The notes under the pieces: generated by a model
What the model saw: only the letters and a program-made list of their open reading frames with translations
The model's database searches: none
What the model was told of the DNA's origin: nothing
Shown here: positions 49,951 to 64,000 of the stretch, piece by piece
Layout of the letters: every line of letters starts with the position of its first letter
Position numbering within the stretch: the first letter of the stretch is position 1
Position numbers and translations under genes: made by a program
Source of the DNA: Octopus sinensis
Lineage: Eukaryota
NCBI RefSeq assembly: GCF_006345805.1
Contig: NC_043002.1
Coordinates: 69,006,001 to 69,070,000 of the forward strand
Direction of reading: 5' to 3'
DNA length: 64,000 nucleotides

Positions 49951-52900
49951 TGAAAGGGATCTCAGGGAGTAGCGTCCTTGCCTTCCTGAGCCAGTTTTCC
50001 ACCACATTTCTTAAAAGTCATAGTAGAGGCCTTGGTCTCAGGACCATTCATGTCTAGAAACTGAGGTTGGAGGTAAGCAAGGGCATGCTCTCCATAGAAA
50101 ATCCAGCTATGAAAAGTCCTCATGATAATAGCAAAGGAGAAATAACATTAATGATTTTATTTACAATAAAAGTATTAAATGTAGCTTTAAATTAATAGTA
50201 ATACTTCCTACTATAGGTACAAGGCTTGAAATTTTAGGGAAGGAGGCTGGTCAATTACTTCGACCCCAGTACTCGACTGATACTTATTTCATCAACCCTG
50301 AAAGGATGAAAGGCAGAGTTTGAACTCAGAATGTAAAAACAAATGAAATGCTGGAGCACCACCCTTTGTCGAACAAATCGATCCCAGGACTTACTCTTTG
50401 TAAGCCTAGTACTTATTCCATTGGTCTCTTTTACCGAACCACATGGGAACGTAAACACACCAACACCAGTTGTCAAGCAATGGTGGTGGTGGGGGTGACA
50501 GACACATAAACACACACAACTGGCTTCTTTCAGTTTCCGTCTATCAAATCCACTCACAAAGCTTTGGTCCGCCCAAAATTTTGTTACAATTTATTTTGGA
50601 TATAAGCTAATGCAGTAAATAAAGGATTTAGAAATACAGTCTTTTAGCATTTATTTATGTACAAAAAAAATATATAAATTTAATCAAAGGACTAAAATTA
50701 ATAAATCCTTCAGCTACTTAATGCTTTTTGGAGCCTGCAATTGCCTATATTGTTGATTCTGTTATCATTTTTAATTGTTCCATTAGATAATAATAGAGTC
50801 AATAATATCTTTGCAAATATTTTCTCCTGAATTATTTGCTCTGTATCAAAAAAATATATATATACACATCTACTTGAAATGATGCTCATGATTGCACATT
50901 CAATACAATCATAGAAATTAAAAAGTAAAAAGCTAAAACAGTCATAAGTGAGCACTTGGTACTTCTAGTGTTAAGTGGGACTGCACTTGAGATATTACCT
51001 GTATGGCGGTAATTGTTAGTGTGAAAGATGTAAATGTACTGTAAACCTGATTATAGCAAAGATATCCTAAAAGGATAGAATATTTGGTAATTTTCAACAT
51101 AATGAAAGAAATAGTTGATTTGATGGGACATTGTAGTGGATAATAGTTTATATGGTAGTAAGAAGCTATTGTGAAAGGAGAAATGTAAAAGTAGCTGAAT
51201 GTTTTTCTTATCTTTCTGTAATTATTCGTGGCTTTGCTTATGCAGTCTAATATATATACAGGGGAAAATTTGAAATTACCAATGTATTTCACTTGTAATA
51301 ACTGAAGAGAATCAATATCTGTGTAACAACTTCTTACACAACTACTTGAAATGTGTGTATTAAATCCATTTGAAATAACTGGTTATTATTCATGTGCATA
51401 CATTATATGTGTGTGTATATACATATACATTTGTGTATGTGTATATACTTCTGTCATTTCTTGTGTGTCCCATGACTTTTTTTGAATGAGCATGCAACAT
51501 GTGCATGCTTTTCAATCTATATATCCTGTGGTAAGCGTAGAGGATAGACACTAATTTTTTTTAGCTAAGTCTAAGTTCTGCTCACTACCCTTGATTTTTC
51601 TTATGCTCAGATTTTCTCACACTTCATTTGTATTCTGGTGTTCATGCACCGTACACCCATCAGAGTATGTTGGCTTTACTTCTTTTTAGTTTTGCTACCA
51701 TGCAGCATCAGAGTTAAGCATTATCCAATTTACCCTTCACTCACATAGATAAGACCTTTGTTCACAACAGTGATAAAAGTACCTGAAATTTTACCAGCTT
51801 TTTCTTATTCTGGCTGTTATACTTTCTGGACAACCTGTCCTGCTAATTATGTTCGTTAGATAATAGAAACTATTAACTACTACTACTGAGCTAGCCACTT
51901 GAGTATCTATTTCTGGTTTATTCTGAGTATGTATTGTTTCAGTGCATGTATTCAGATACACACACTTGCATACATGTATGCATTTAGATGTGTTGATGAC
52001 TGAAGAGAAATAATTTTGTTAATTTTTTTTAGAGCTGAGGTTTCACTGCTTGCTTTTAGTAATGAAAGAAAACTTCAGAGTGGCAACGTAGGGTATATTT
52101 TCCTTGTTTTAGGAAACTGATTTGTCTCAAAGACAGATGGAGGACTAAAACTGATTAGAAATGTAAACAAATTTCTGTGATATCACAGATTCCAGTGTTA
52201 TCAAAAAAAAAAAAAAATTGGAGCAGTATTTGTTGAGGAAATCCAATCTATAATATGAGTCACGTGTTGAAATAACTAACCTACTTCTGCTTGAGTAATT
52301 TCTTAGCAATGAAAGTGTTCTGAAGGAAATGAAATTTAGACTTATTTATTGAAAGGTACATGATTTAGTAAAAAGAATGATAATGAACAACAACAAGAAA
52401 TCTGTGACTCAGTTTCAATTTGCATTAAAGACGGCTGCTTCATTTATCTCGCTCAATTCTGTTGGGAATTGTATAATTGTCACAACTTCTACTGCAGTCT
52501 CCCAGCAGATCTGAAGCATTATGTATATAGTTGTAAGAAAACAAAATTGTATTATAATAGCTTTATTTATACCCCCCCCCTTTTGTGACACATTAAACAA
52601 AAATGCTTGTTGGCCTGATAATGAAAGTCGAGAGAATGTTAAGAATGGACTGTAGCTGAGTTAATGTAAGAATAATATGCAGGATATGTAATGGGATCTT
52701 GATAAAAATATTTGTGTTAGGATCTCGTTGTATTATATAAAGTAATGTCATCAAATGAAAAACATAGAAAGCTATTTGGATTTGTAAATTTATTTAGAAA
52801 ATAATGTATCCTGTACTTATGGTAACTCCTTGATGTATTTCTATTTTAGCATGAAATTCCTTACGCTTTGCAAGTTATGTGTAAGAGCTGAGTGATTTGT

Positions 52901-55900
52901 TTGTATTAAAAAAAATTCTGTTTAAGAAGAAAGTTTTCATGTAAGTTTTATCCATCTGAAGAGAAAACTTGTTTAGCCTTTATTATTTTCATCTTTAACT
53001 TCAAGATAGCTTTATTCTTAGGACAGCAATCTTGCAGAAACGTTAGAGCATTGGAAAGAATGCTTCACAGTATTTGTTCCAGGTTTTTTAAGGTCTCATT
53101 GAAATCCTGATGGGAGTCAGCTTTACCTTGCATCCTTTCAAGATCAATAAAAATAAAGAAACAGTTACATACTGAGATTGATAGCATCTATAATTTCTCT
53201 TTCCTTCACAATTGCTGGCTTTGTGTCTAAATTGGAAACCATTATTATTATTTTATTATTGCATTTTGTCCATCTTTATGATCTGACTTCAAATTCTACT
53301 GAGGTCAACTTTATCTTTCATCCGTTCGGGGTCGATGAAATAAGTACCAGTTAAACACTGGGGTCGATGTAATTGACCCCAAAATTCCAGGCCTTGTACC
53401 TACAGTAGAAAGGATTATTATTAGCTGTCAGCTTTCTTGATTTGTAAATATTTCATTCTTTCCTTTGTTATCTTTATGATTTTTTAAAAGATTTTCAGGT
53501 TACATCAGTATAAAAACAGTATTCTTTTATTTGTTTCAGTCATTTGACTGTGGCCATGCCTAGTACTTATTCTTTCGGTCTCTTTTGCTAAACCACTAAG
53601 TTATAGGGACGTAAATACACCAACATCGGTTGTCAAGTGGTGGTGGTGGGGGCAAACACAGAAACACAAACATATATACATGAGCTTCTTTCAGTTTTCG
53701 CCTATGACATCCATTCACAAGGCTTTGGTTGGCCCGAGGCTATAGTAGGAAACACTTGTCCAAGGTGCCATGCAGGGGGACTGAACCCAGAACCATGTGG
53801 TTGGGAAGCAAGCTACTTACCACACAGCCACTCCTGCGCCTGAGTAGTACACTTCTGTTAATTGTGATTATTCAGTTTGATTGTATTGTTGTTCAGTACA
53901 TTGTACTGAAGTAACACACCCACTATTGTTGAGATTTTACATCTCTATTTATTTGTTATTTATATATATTCAAGGCAACAGAAATAGCTACATTCAGTTT
54001 ATTTGGGAAAACATTTTCACACAAACTTGCACTTCATTTTAGAAACTCTGAGGAACCTATAAGGTGATGCACAAACACTCCGCTGTGGGTGCACTGCATC
54101 TGATAGCAGAAGCAGCTGGAAGCTAACCCTAAGCCTCGTCATTTATTTAATTTTATGTTACTCTATATACTTGCATATGTATATTGAGTTCTAACAATAG
54201 ATTATTAGTATCACTACACCTAAATGTAATCTTATACACACACACATACGTATTAGGTGCAAGCATGGCCATATAGTTACAAAGTTTGCTTTATATCCAT
54301 GTAGTCATGGGTCCAGGCCCTCTGCATTGTACCTTGGACCAGTGCTTTCTACTATAACCTTGGGCTGACCAATGCTTCACGTGTAGAATTTGTTGTAAGT
54401 TGAGAAGCTCATTATATATATATCATCGTTTAACGTCCGTTTTCCATGCTAGCAAGGGTTGGATGGTTCAACCGAGGTCTGGGAAGCCAGGAGGCTGCAC
54501 CAGACTCCAGTCATATATATATATATAGGTAGATAGATAAATATAGATATGTGTATGTGTATACATACACATTTATACACTCATGCATACATCATTTTTA
54601 CATATCATTCACACAGTTTCATTGAAAATTGTGCCTTTGTTTACAATTTCTGGTAAGCAACAGTTTTGTAGTTTTTAGCATTCAACTTGTGTGGGGACAA
54701 TGGAATGAGGGAAGCTCCGTAAAAAAAAACAAAAAAACAAGACAATACTTTTCTTGGAAAAGAGCTAACAGTTAGTGGAAGGAAGAGCATCTGGCTGCAG
54801 AAAATCCTCTTCAAGTTTTGTCTAACCTATATCAGCCTTGAAAAGATGAATGTAAAATATGCACTTACGTAGGTAAATGGAAATGGATGCACTAATATAC
54901 ATAGTGTGTTACTATCCAGTACCTTTAGACAGACATCTATGTTATTTTTTTGAACAGTTCACTAATTAACTGATAAAAAAAAAGAAAGTTATTATTTTAT
55001 ATAAAAAGTCCTTTAGGATATTGGCAATAAAAGTAAAAAACAATTATGTAATCTTGGAAGAATAGAAATTTGTTTTAATTTGGTCTTTGTATTTTTTAAC
55101 TTATTCTAGAAGAGGTTGGTGTCCTGTGTAAATTTGAATTTTCCCATTGATTATTGCTACAAGTCACATAGAGTTAGTTCTTTGTTCAATTATAAACATA
55201 GAAAAGGCTAGCAAATAATCCTGTAAGAAATCTGACCTCAAAACCATCACCTTCCTGTGGTTGATTGACCCCTTCCTGCTACTAAATAAGGCAGTCCTTT
55301 CTTAACTCACCAAGAAATGTTAGCATTTTCTAACCTATTCCAGCCTATGCCTGCTGGTGGTGGATGGGAATCCTGTCTGTTAATATAAGCCTGGACCCAC
55401 CATATGCATGTGACATTTAAAATATAGATACTAGGAAATGGCAAATACAGTGTATCTTTTCAATTACAATTTCCCGCATATCTTTCTGCCATATGTGAAT
55501 GGACAGTAGAGGGAATAAGAAAAGGCCTGGGACTTTGAAATAACAAATGCTGTGAGGTGAATAGTTATGGTTAGGAACAGAAAAGTTTAAAAAAAAAAAA
55601 TGAAGTCTTACTCCATCCATATGTATTCAGTACCAACAATGGAATTGTAAAATATTGGTTGAAGTATTTGATAGTTTGTGAATCATGAAGAAAGTGTGAA
55701 TTAGAGACTATGGACTACTCAGATGACCTATTAAAAATTGTAATATAAAAAAGTAATATAATTAATTCTGGTGGTAGCTCTAATAGAAGTATTGTAGTTA
55801 GAGACAAAGCAAGATGGGAGAAATTGAAACCCAGAAAGCAATAATAACTTTCTCCGGGTAGACCTATGCGATGTGCTTTAGGTGCATGTTATTATTTAGT

Positions 55901-57579
55901 GCTAAAATATGAAATTAAGAGAAAAGCTAAATGTAAGAGAGTGATATAAAATAGTATTAGAAGTTATGAACCTGAGTGTGCAGTTTAGTTGTTCATCTAT
56001 CCTCATATATCACAGAGGTTTGGTTTAAAAAAATGTGTAAATGGAATGAATGATAGATTCATTGACTCTAAACTCATGGCCCACAGCAGGGCAGCTTCCA
56101 CCTTCATGTTTTCTTGATCATTACTGCCTTTTCCTGTAGAAAACATACTTGTCTGTGTCATTTGTTAGGATCAAGTGTCTTAGTATATTTTCTGTTTGTT
56201 GGTCCCATGTAGATGAGTACGTGTCTATGAATCCATATAAAATTAAGCAGCCTTGCTGCATGGTCATATAAACACTAGTGATAATGAATTTTGGGTAGCT
56301 GAGCATTGTGTGTTGTCGCTGGGGCATGTTTTTGTGGTACAAGCAGAATCTCCAACTGATTGCTGACCCCTGTTATCACAGATCAATCTGTGATAGGTGT
56401 AACCTGGTTTACAATTGATCATAATGTATTATCCTGGATCAGTGATGAATGAGTTAGTGATAAACGAGGTTGCATGTACTTATATGGTCATGTACTACAG
56501 TTAGATGGTGCATGATGGATAATGATGTGAATTGATGGTGGTAGTCATGGGGTACTTCAAATAGACCAAGAAAAACCTGCAATGTACAGATGTGAAAACA
56601 CTGGTGTTCACAGAGGAAATAATTCATGATTAAGTTGTTTGGAGATAAGTTGTATAGCTGACCTGTCTTTGCTTGGAAAGATGATGTTAAAATGATAGCA
56701 TCATTGCGGGTTTAATTTTCACATTTTATGCTGCTGTTTGTCAGATGGATTTGCATGCATCTTGATTCTTCAAAATTAAATTTTTGTTATACTAAATGCT
56801 TTAGTTGGCTTATCTGATACTGACTGCTGTTTATCAATTATTTTTCTTTTTTAGTTAAGTCCTAATTTATTTATGATTTCATTCTTAATATAATTTTCTA
56901 TATCTGTTATCTTGTATTTTTATCATTTATTTCCTATTATACATCACATTAGACTTTATTTGTTATGATATGTAAAAACTTTCAACATGAAACTTTGTAC
57001 TTTTGGTGTGACTTATGTAAATACTCAGATAATATTCAGAACCATCTTATTTATATTTCTGTATTATCTCTTATAAATGCATTTCCAGCCTTCAATTAGC
57101 ATTGTGCCAGAGGTTTTATGTCGTAATATGAGGAGAAGTCAAGATGTTTGCTGCAATAACTGTAGATAAAATTTCTCTACAGATTATTTTCGAAATGTGT
57201 AGTTTATTGATTTATTCTTTCTCTCTATTTTCCTGCAAAACCCGTTTTCTCTGGCCATTGAGGCTTGGGGCTAATGCTCTGTGTTTAAGCAAGTAAGATA
57301 AATCCCCTTCAGGTAACATTATTGGTTTATGGCAGGCAACAGATCTGTTACAGTGTTTTCTAGGTGAAAAAAAGAGTGTATGGTTTAGTGTATTGACCAA
57401 AGAATACAATGAACTGCTTGTTTGTATTATGAACATGCAACCTTTGGGTTGGCAGCCAATACTTTTTCACATGGCCATGACCATTTCTTCTTGCACACAC
57501 AAACATGTATTCTGATATAGTACTTTTTTGAACCAAGAGAGTTTTCAGTTTCTATTTTTTTCTCCTTCAGACTTCCTTG

Positions 57580-60350
57580 TGTCTGAGTTAATGTCATTCT
57601 TATCTTGAGGTTGCTGACAACTAGTCTATGTTAGCTGGAGAAGGATTTAGTATACACAGCTAGTTGCCTATTCTGTTTTCTATTGAGTGTAAAGTCTATC
57701 TGGCTGGCATGTATATCTAAAGTTAAGTGATTATGTTATTGGCCAGTTTCCTGAAGTTTTGCAAATGGTTAGGACATTTGTATCACAGGCCTCCAGGATC
57801 CTTGATTCTTCTTCTTTCTTTGTACCATATCCACAGTTGTCCAACATGCCCAATAATGTCTCTATGTTTCTGAGGTTGCTATCATATGTAATTGAAGTAG
57901 TTTGTAAGAAGTAGTCACAAATACTTCCTTTTGCTCATCTGTCAGTTCTGATTATAGTACATATGCAGAGATTAATAATGCTGCCCAAGACTAGTCCAAA
58001 TTTCAATATTCTTACACATTCTCAAACTAATTCAAATATTTCATCCATTTCTCTGCCAACAATTGGCCATGAGAATTTGTACTGCTTCCTTGCCTGATAG
58101 AAATTTGGTTGAAGCATGTCCTATTTTACCTCTTCTACACAGGCCCATATCTGATTATCTTCTCTTCAGATTCCTTACTATCTTTCTTGACCCGTCTTTT
58201 ATTATGTTCATGGTAGTGGTGCCAGCTGTGATGTTTTATACTTAACAAAAAGAGAAGAGTTCTTGGTAGTGGATGGATTGCTTGATGTCTGCTTTCTGTG
58301 TCTGAAATAGTTTGTGTGATTGTTTGATGGCAGTTGAGATATTCTCACTCATGATTAGATGCCTCCACTTGACCACTCCACAATATATTTTATTTGGCTT
58401 TTTTTCTGTAAAATTCATCGATTAAATCATTTTGGTTATAGCATATGTTTTACAGCTGGATGTTCTTTCAAGCTATGAGAACTCAGCTCTATTTATGGGA
58501 TGACCCAATTTACATATTTAACTTATCAGATGGTGTACCTGTCACAACATTTTTAAAAATCAAATTTGGAAGTTTTCTGCTGAGATATATATTAAATGCG
58601 TCTATTTGATACACAGGTCTCATTTTTACTGTTCTATCTTATAAACCTATCTCTCAACAATCATATTCTGCTTTGTGGTTAACATGAATCAGCCAAGCTG
58701 TTTAAAACATTTTCCTGTGACTATTTCTATGTCAGTCATTCTCTGCTTGTTGTAACATCAAATCTTTCCGAGTGCTAAATACATCATTTCTGAACATAGC
58801 TGCATGATGCAAGTTAGGTTTTTGGTTATGAGTAGTGTAATGGCATGAATTCGTACTCTGATTTGCTGAGGAAAATGTGTAGGCTGATGTTTTCAAGGAT
58901 GCATCTTTCTAAAGCTTTTGACATTTGTAGGAATGTAAGGTGTCTTTGTGAAGCTACTTTAGTTGGGTATTGTGAAGCTTCAAAATTAAGATTTTGCCCC
59001 GTTTCCATAGTCTGGTGATTTGGTTAAATTGGTGTTAGTTGTTCTGTAACCCAAGTTAGCTCTCTTCAAGCAATCTGTGGTATGCAGGTAGTCATATTCT
59101 AGATATGAAGTTATCCCTGCACTCACCAGCATTTTGTGTCCATTTCTTCCATTCTTGTATGGTTTGGACAGATCTCTCTTTAGAATACCCACAGGCATCA
59201 CATTTGGACAACACAAAGAAACAACATTGTTATTGTATAAACAATATATTTTATTCATCATTGCATATAACATTCTACCTGGGCTCTCAGCTGTTCTCTC
59301 TAACAAATGTCAAATTATAGAGAATTCAGAATTGCATTTCACAACAAGCAGTCATCCCTTGTTTTGTTTCATACCATTGTCTTTCATCTTATTATCTGTA
59401 GAAGTCCACCTTGCCATCAATATATAATTTTTTTTAGTGTGGTGTTGAGGATTTTGAGTTTGGGGGATTTTCCTGTTGATTTTCTGATGGAAGAAAGCAT
59501 ATTTTGCACCTTAGGACCCCCTTTCTTCCATCAGAAAATCAATGGGATATTTTGCTCTTAATATTTTTGTCTTTTTTGCTGCTGATTTTACAAAAAGGGC
59601 TTTAAAAGAAAAATTGCTTGTGGTTGAAATGTGGATATGTTGTTGTAATATGTGATATGATATGACCATTGTTAGAATGGTTGATACTGCTACTTATTTT
59701 GTCATTTATTTATCTTGGACATAAATACCTCATTGGTTTTCTGTTTTTCTATGATTTATTTTCTTTGGTCTAGCCTTGCTTAGTTTCTTGGTGTTGAGTC
59801 CTGTTTGTTATATGTTGTGCTGTGTTTGAGCTTATCTCCAGTTTTATCAGTTTGGCTGTTTCAATAGTGTGATTGAAGTTATAGTTTATCACTGATGTCA
59901 GAAAAGCTTTCAACTCTGTCCTCCCACTATTTATACAAAACTTCTTAACTTCTATTTAAGAAACAAATCAAAACTTGGTTGACAGACAACCTCTTGGGTC
60001 CACAAAACCTATATAATACACAACACATCTAGAATATGAGATTAACTGCTACCCCAATATAGAACCAAAAGGTCCTGTTTTCTGACCTATTCTTTTTAAC
60101 TTGTGCCTATACCAGCTTTCTACAACCCTTCAGAATACAAATGATATTACAATCACTTCTTCCCACCACTGTACTGACACAGCTGTACAACTTTTAACAA
60201 AGTTTTATCACTTGGCTCCAAATCAACAGGATTGGAATAAAACCTACCATATAGGGAAATTTAATATCTCCCTTCTTACCAGTAACATCAGAGAACATTA
60301 ATTATAATTGACCATTACATTCAACAACATTAACATACCACATATCCAAG
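57580..60350. mobile_element. Very decayed LINE debris: APE endonuclease relic (-, ~57580-58000), RT relics (-, ~58250-59880; +, ~59890-60350)
   Basis: Minus strand GHVGQ..GYGT....SRILEACDTNVLTIC and KALERCIL...YEFMPLH; plus strand DVRKAFNSV and PKGPVF*PILFNL (cf. D..KAFD.V, PQGSVLSP.LFNL). Confidence 0.5.
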
Positions 60351-61190
60351 AGGCAGGGAGCCTTTAGAATGATTTTAATCATATGTCTGCTGAGTTAGTG
60401 CTGACTTGAGGCTAAGCAATGACAACACATAGTGGACAGTAGCAATGTGAGGTGAAGTGTTTTTCTCAAGAACACAATGTTCACCTAGTATGGGAATTGA
60501 AACCACAATCTTAGATCATGAGTGCAAATATGCCTGACCACTAAGCCACATTCCTTCACGTGTGCATGCATGCATGCATGCGCGCGCACACACACACACA
60601 CACACATCTGATACTTTGTTACCACTATCTTTCTCTTTCTTTCCAGTTACTCCCTCCTAACTTCAAGTAATGTGGGGTAGCCATGTATTCCCTCTGCAGC
60701 AACACCAAGCACAAACATCTCTCCCTCAGTACTGCATCCTCCACCTCAGTTGAAAAGTCTTGTCTTGTGAGTTATTTGGTGACACAAAGCCACCCAGTAC
60801 ACTCTGTAAAGTTGTTAGTATTAGGAAGGGCAACCAGCCATAGAAACCATGCTAAAGCAGAGAGAATTCAACAAAGCTATGGGACCTGTCAGTTACTGCT
60901 GATTCATTCAACTTGTGTCAGTATGGGAGATAGGTATTAAAATAATGTAGTGACAATGATAGGACCCTTCTACAACATTCACAGCACATGTGGAAGACAT
61001 AGTAGGGAAAATAAAATGGTGTGCAAACATATTTAGAGCACTCACAGGCACAGCATTTGAAGAAGATGAACAAAATTGTTACTGTACAAATAATATATTC
61101 ACTGTATCATATATATGACACTGCCTGGGCTCACAGTTGTTTTTGAACAAATATCAAACTACAGTGAGTCCAAAACTGCGTACTTTACAT

Positions 61191-61465
61191 CGGTGTTTCT
61201 CAGACTATCTGATGTGGTGTACTGACAGTTTCTTTTTCCAATGTGCCAGGGACCGTAATATTAATTTATACTGGAAACAGTATATATAATGAATATAATA
61301 AAAGTTGACCATTTTTTCATCTTATATTTATTTTGTAAACAAATAATACAATATTTCATAAACATTTTGTAATGTTTCTTTCTTTTATGGAAACTTGCCG
61401 CATACCAGCAGCTGATGGTTTGCTGACCAGCACCGGTCCGTGGACCACCACTTTGAGTAGCTCTA
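61191..61465. mobile_element. hAT (Charlie-like) MITE
   Basis: Ends CGGTGTTTCTCAGA / TTTGAGTAGCTCTA, internal GGTCCGTGGACC, 8-bp TSD CTTTACAT/CTTAACAT. Confidence 0.65.
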
Positions 61466-63954
61466 CTTAACATAACTACAATTTACACGGAACATATCAG
61501 TCGCACAACAACCTAGAAATGCAAAAATGAAAGCTCCTGAACTTGTAAATGACACATTTTGTTATTACATCAAGCTGTGACTCATATTGTCCTTGTTACT
61601 ACATGTACAGTTGCACCCAAACAAAGAGGCACATCTGCAACACTCCAGAATAGTATTATAACAATATCCTAAGAACACCATCTCACCTACCCAGTCCATA
61701 TAAACACATGAAAATCAAAAGATTTAATAGAGTTGTTAGCTTCATCTCTATCTTGGGAAACCCCAGTCAAATAATAACTGCAGAAGAGACACTTATGTTT
61801 GGTTTGACTTCATCCTGTTCACCTCTGTAGAATGAAACTAATAGAATCTACAGGCATTTGGAAATCCAATGTGAGAGTCTCAAATTTCCCCACAAACCAC
61901 ATCTTACCACTTATAAATGAAAATATTGGATAAATTTTTCTGCAGTCCTCTATTGCAGATGAAAAGATAGTAAAGTCATGAGTTGGAATGATTGTCTTTG
62001 AGCATAGATCTTCTCTGTGAGAGCTGACCTGCAGTTAAACATTACAGAAGCAGGTCTAGACTGTTACTCTATCTCAATCAATCACGTGAAAAAGATCTAG
62101 ATGGATGTGTGACATATGCAGAACTGTGGATTGCACTTGTTTGACTATGTGCTATATGTTTGCATGATCAGGACTCACCAAGGGCTACACAACAAAACTA
62201 TCAACTGCATCACTCTTACCTGTTTGGAAGAGCTTGTAAAAGTCATAGGCACGACTTCTCTTCTGTTGACTAACTTAAAACCAAATATTGATTTAAAAAA
62301 AAAATCATTAATGTATGTTGCTTTGTTTCAAGGTTTTAGTATCTGCTAAAAGTTTCTGAAGTGAGATAGATTTTATTTAATGAATAATTGTTCTTAATAT
62401 GAAGTATAGGCAGGAGAGAAGGATCAAATCTTAGTTGTGTTTCAGACAAAATCTAAAGAGGAAGGTTATTCAGCAGAAATGTCTTAAGCATGCCAGATTG
62501 AAAACAAAATAAAGGGAATATTACATTGTTGAAAAGAAAATTCTTCAAGTTCCAAATCAGACTACATCCATAATCCTTTTCTTTGGATACAATGTGTAAT
62601 CTTAACTGAAGCTGTTTACTTTTTGCATCTTTTTAGGATGTGGCATAATTATATGTGGTATCTATCTATATTATAATGGAGAAAGCTGCTTATTAATTAA
62701 TTATGTAACAGTTATCAAAAGAAAGCAATTATTAAAAAGGCTTGACCATCTGGAAATTTTTTAATATATTCATGTTCCAAGAAATTTCCTGTAATTTCAA
62801 TTTCTAAAGTTTATTGAATATTCGAACTTCAAGGTTTTTACAAATTCATTGCATTCACTGTGGAGTAGATTTTAATGTTAATAAGCATTAATTTGTTGCA
62901 GACGAAATTTTCAGTTTTCATTTGCAACAATCTCTCACTCTCTCTCACATCTATTTTCATTTTGCTACTTCGAAGTTTGTTTAAATTAGAGATATACTGC
63001 AACAATGATATATTACTGAAAGAAATATTTACTAAGCAAGTGAAATTTTTTATAAATTTAAGTTTTCAAGAAAATTTACTTTCTAAACTTCCTTTTATTA
63101 TTGAATATTTCAAGTTCACAAATTTCAGTATTCAGTACAAGTTTTTAATGAGCTTTTATATATACAATTTTTTCATTTCATGTTAATTTCATTCATTGTT
63201 TGCAATGTTCTCTCTCTCTTAACCTCACACACACACTCCAGATTTGATTTCATTATTACACAAATATCACATTAGAATTTTGCAATTCAACATGGGGTGT
63301 TCAAAAAAATATGCGACTGAGAAAGAACATTTAGCAGCAAAAGCACGATGGCAGAGAATATAAAAATTATTAGAATTGAAAATCAAATGTGAAAATATCA
63401 AGCAGCTAGCAGAAAATTGCCTGGAGGACAAGTCTTTCTGCTAGTATTGTATAATGTTATCTTAACAATAGCTTAAGTGAAGACATTATAATAGATTTTA
63501 GAGTCCTTATTCTAAATTAAAGCGACAGCAGAGAATATTTCTGAATTTCATGAAATATGTTCTGTTCAGTCGAGATTTAGTGATAGCAAGAACTGTGTCC
63601 TGACAAGCTTAAGAAGCGGATTTCTTTAGAATTTATTTGTTCTATCATTTTTCCTGATAAGCAAATATAATGTGTTAAGTGATAGGGTGCTAACAACTTG
63701 TAAGAGTATTAAGAGAATAACATTAACCAATAATAAGTTTGGAATATTAATAAAATGCAAATAGACTTCTAAAAAGTTTTTTTTAACAAGAATATGAAGT
63801 TAAATAAATGTATCATGAAGATCTGATGTAGTACTAGTATAATTGAAGTAGGGTTGAATAAAATAAATTGAAATGTTGGACAGTATTTCCAACTACATGT
63901 GAAAATTTGTTAACTAGACAGAAATATGTGAATCTAAAAAATAATGTTCAGTGT

Positions 63955-64000
63955 ATTTCTTTGTTTATTGTTCTTTGTTAAACAGAGATCGAGAGCAGTT
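63955..64000 (+). other. Probable splice acceptor and start of an exon (from 63986) of an unidentified + strand gene
   Basis: Long pyrimidine tract tttctttgtttattgttctttgttaaacAG|AGATCGAGAGCAGTT at the window edge; too short to identify. Confidence 0.3.

Noticed and set aside
52100-53520. Candidate micro-exons of a + strand gene (after AG at ~52111, ~52849, ~53498)
   Set aside because: Splice-like signals are common in AT-rich DNA, and there is no recognisable peptide or consistent exon chain.

Overview
AT-rich, repeat-dense eukaryotic DNA, not prokaryotic. The tRNA-derived SINE families and RTE tails look like those of Octopus or a related coleoid cephalopod (inference). Two host genes can be built by hand and lie tail to tail. 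(1) The 3' end of a ZCCHC2/ZCCHC14-like zinc-knuckle gene on + has a large exon from before the window to 1136, a terminal exon at 3766-3809, a possible duplicated alternative terminal exon near 1852-1902, and about 7 kb of TE-free putative 3'UTR. (2) A complete 8-exon NOB1 gene (18S rRNA site-D endonuclease, 418 aa) lies on - at 39153..19683. A CpG-enriched zone at about 38.7-43.6 kb, with an ETS-CRE composite motif, marks the NOB1 promoter and probably a divergent + strand gene whose exons I cannot resolve. The rest is transposon debris. It includes a bounded Merlin element with a SINE in its TIR, a Merlin-type MITE, a full-length decayed mariner, and a pogo-like PHD element containing a near-intact PHD-bearing RTE LINE. 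There are also CR1, Tx1/L1 and other LINE fragments, hAT/piggyBac/Tc2 MITEs, several SINE families, and Penelope-type remnants with decayed hammerhead cores. Nearly all small ORFs in the supplied track are spurious. I found no clear novel multi-gene system. The best leads are the duplicated terminal exon, the tRNA-head/hammerhead palindrome and a duplicated structured intronic element in NOB1.
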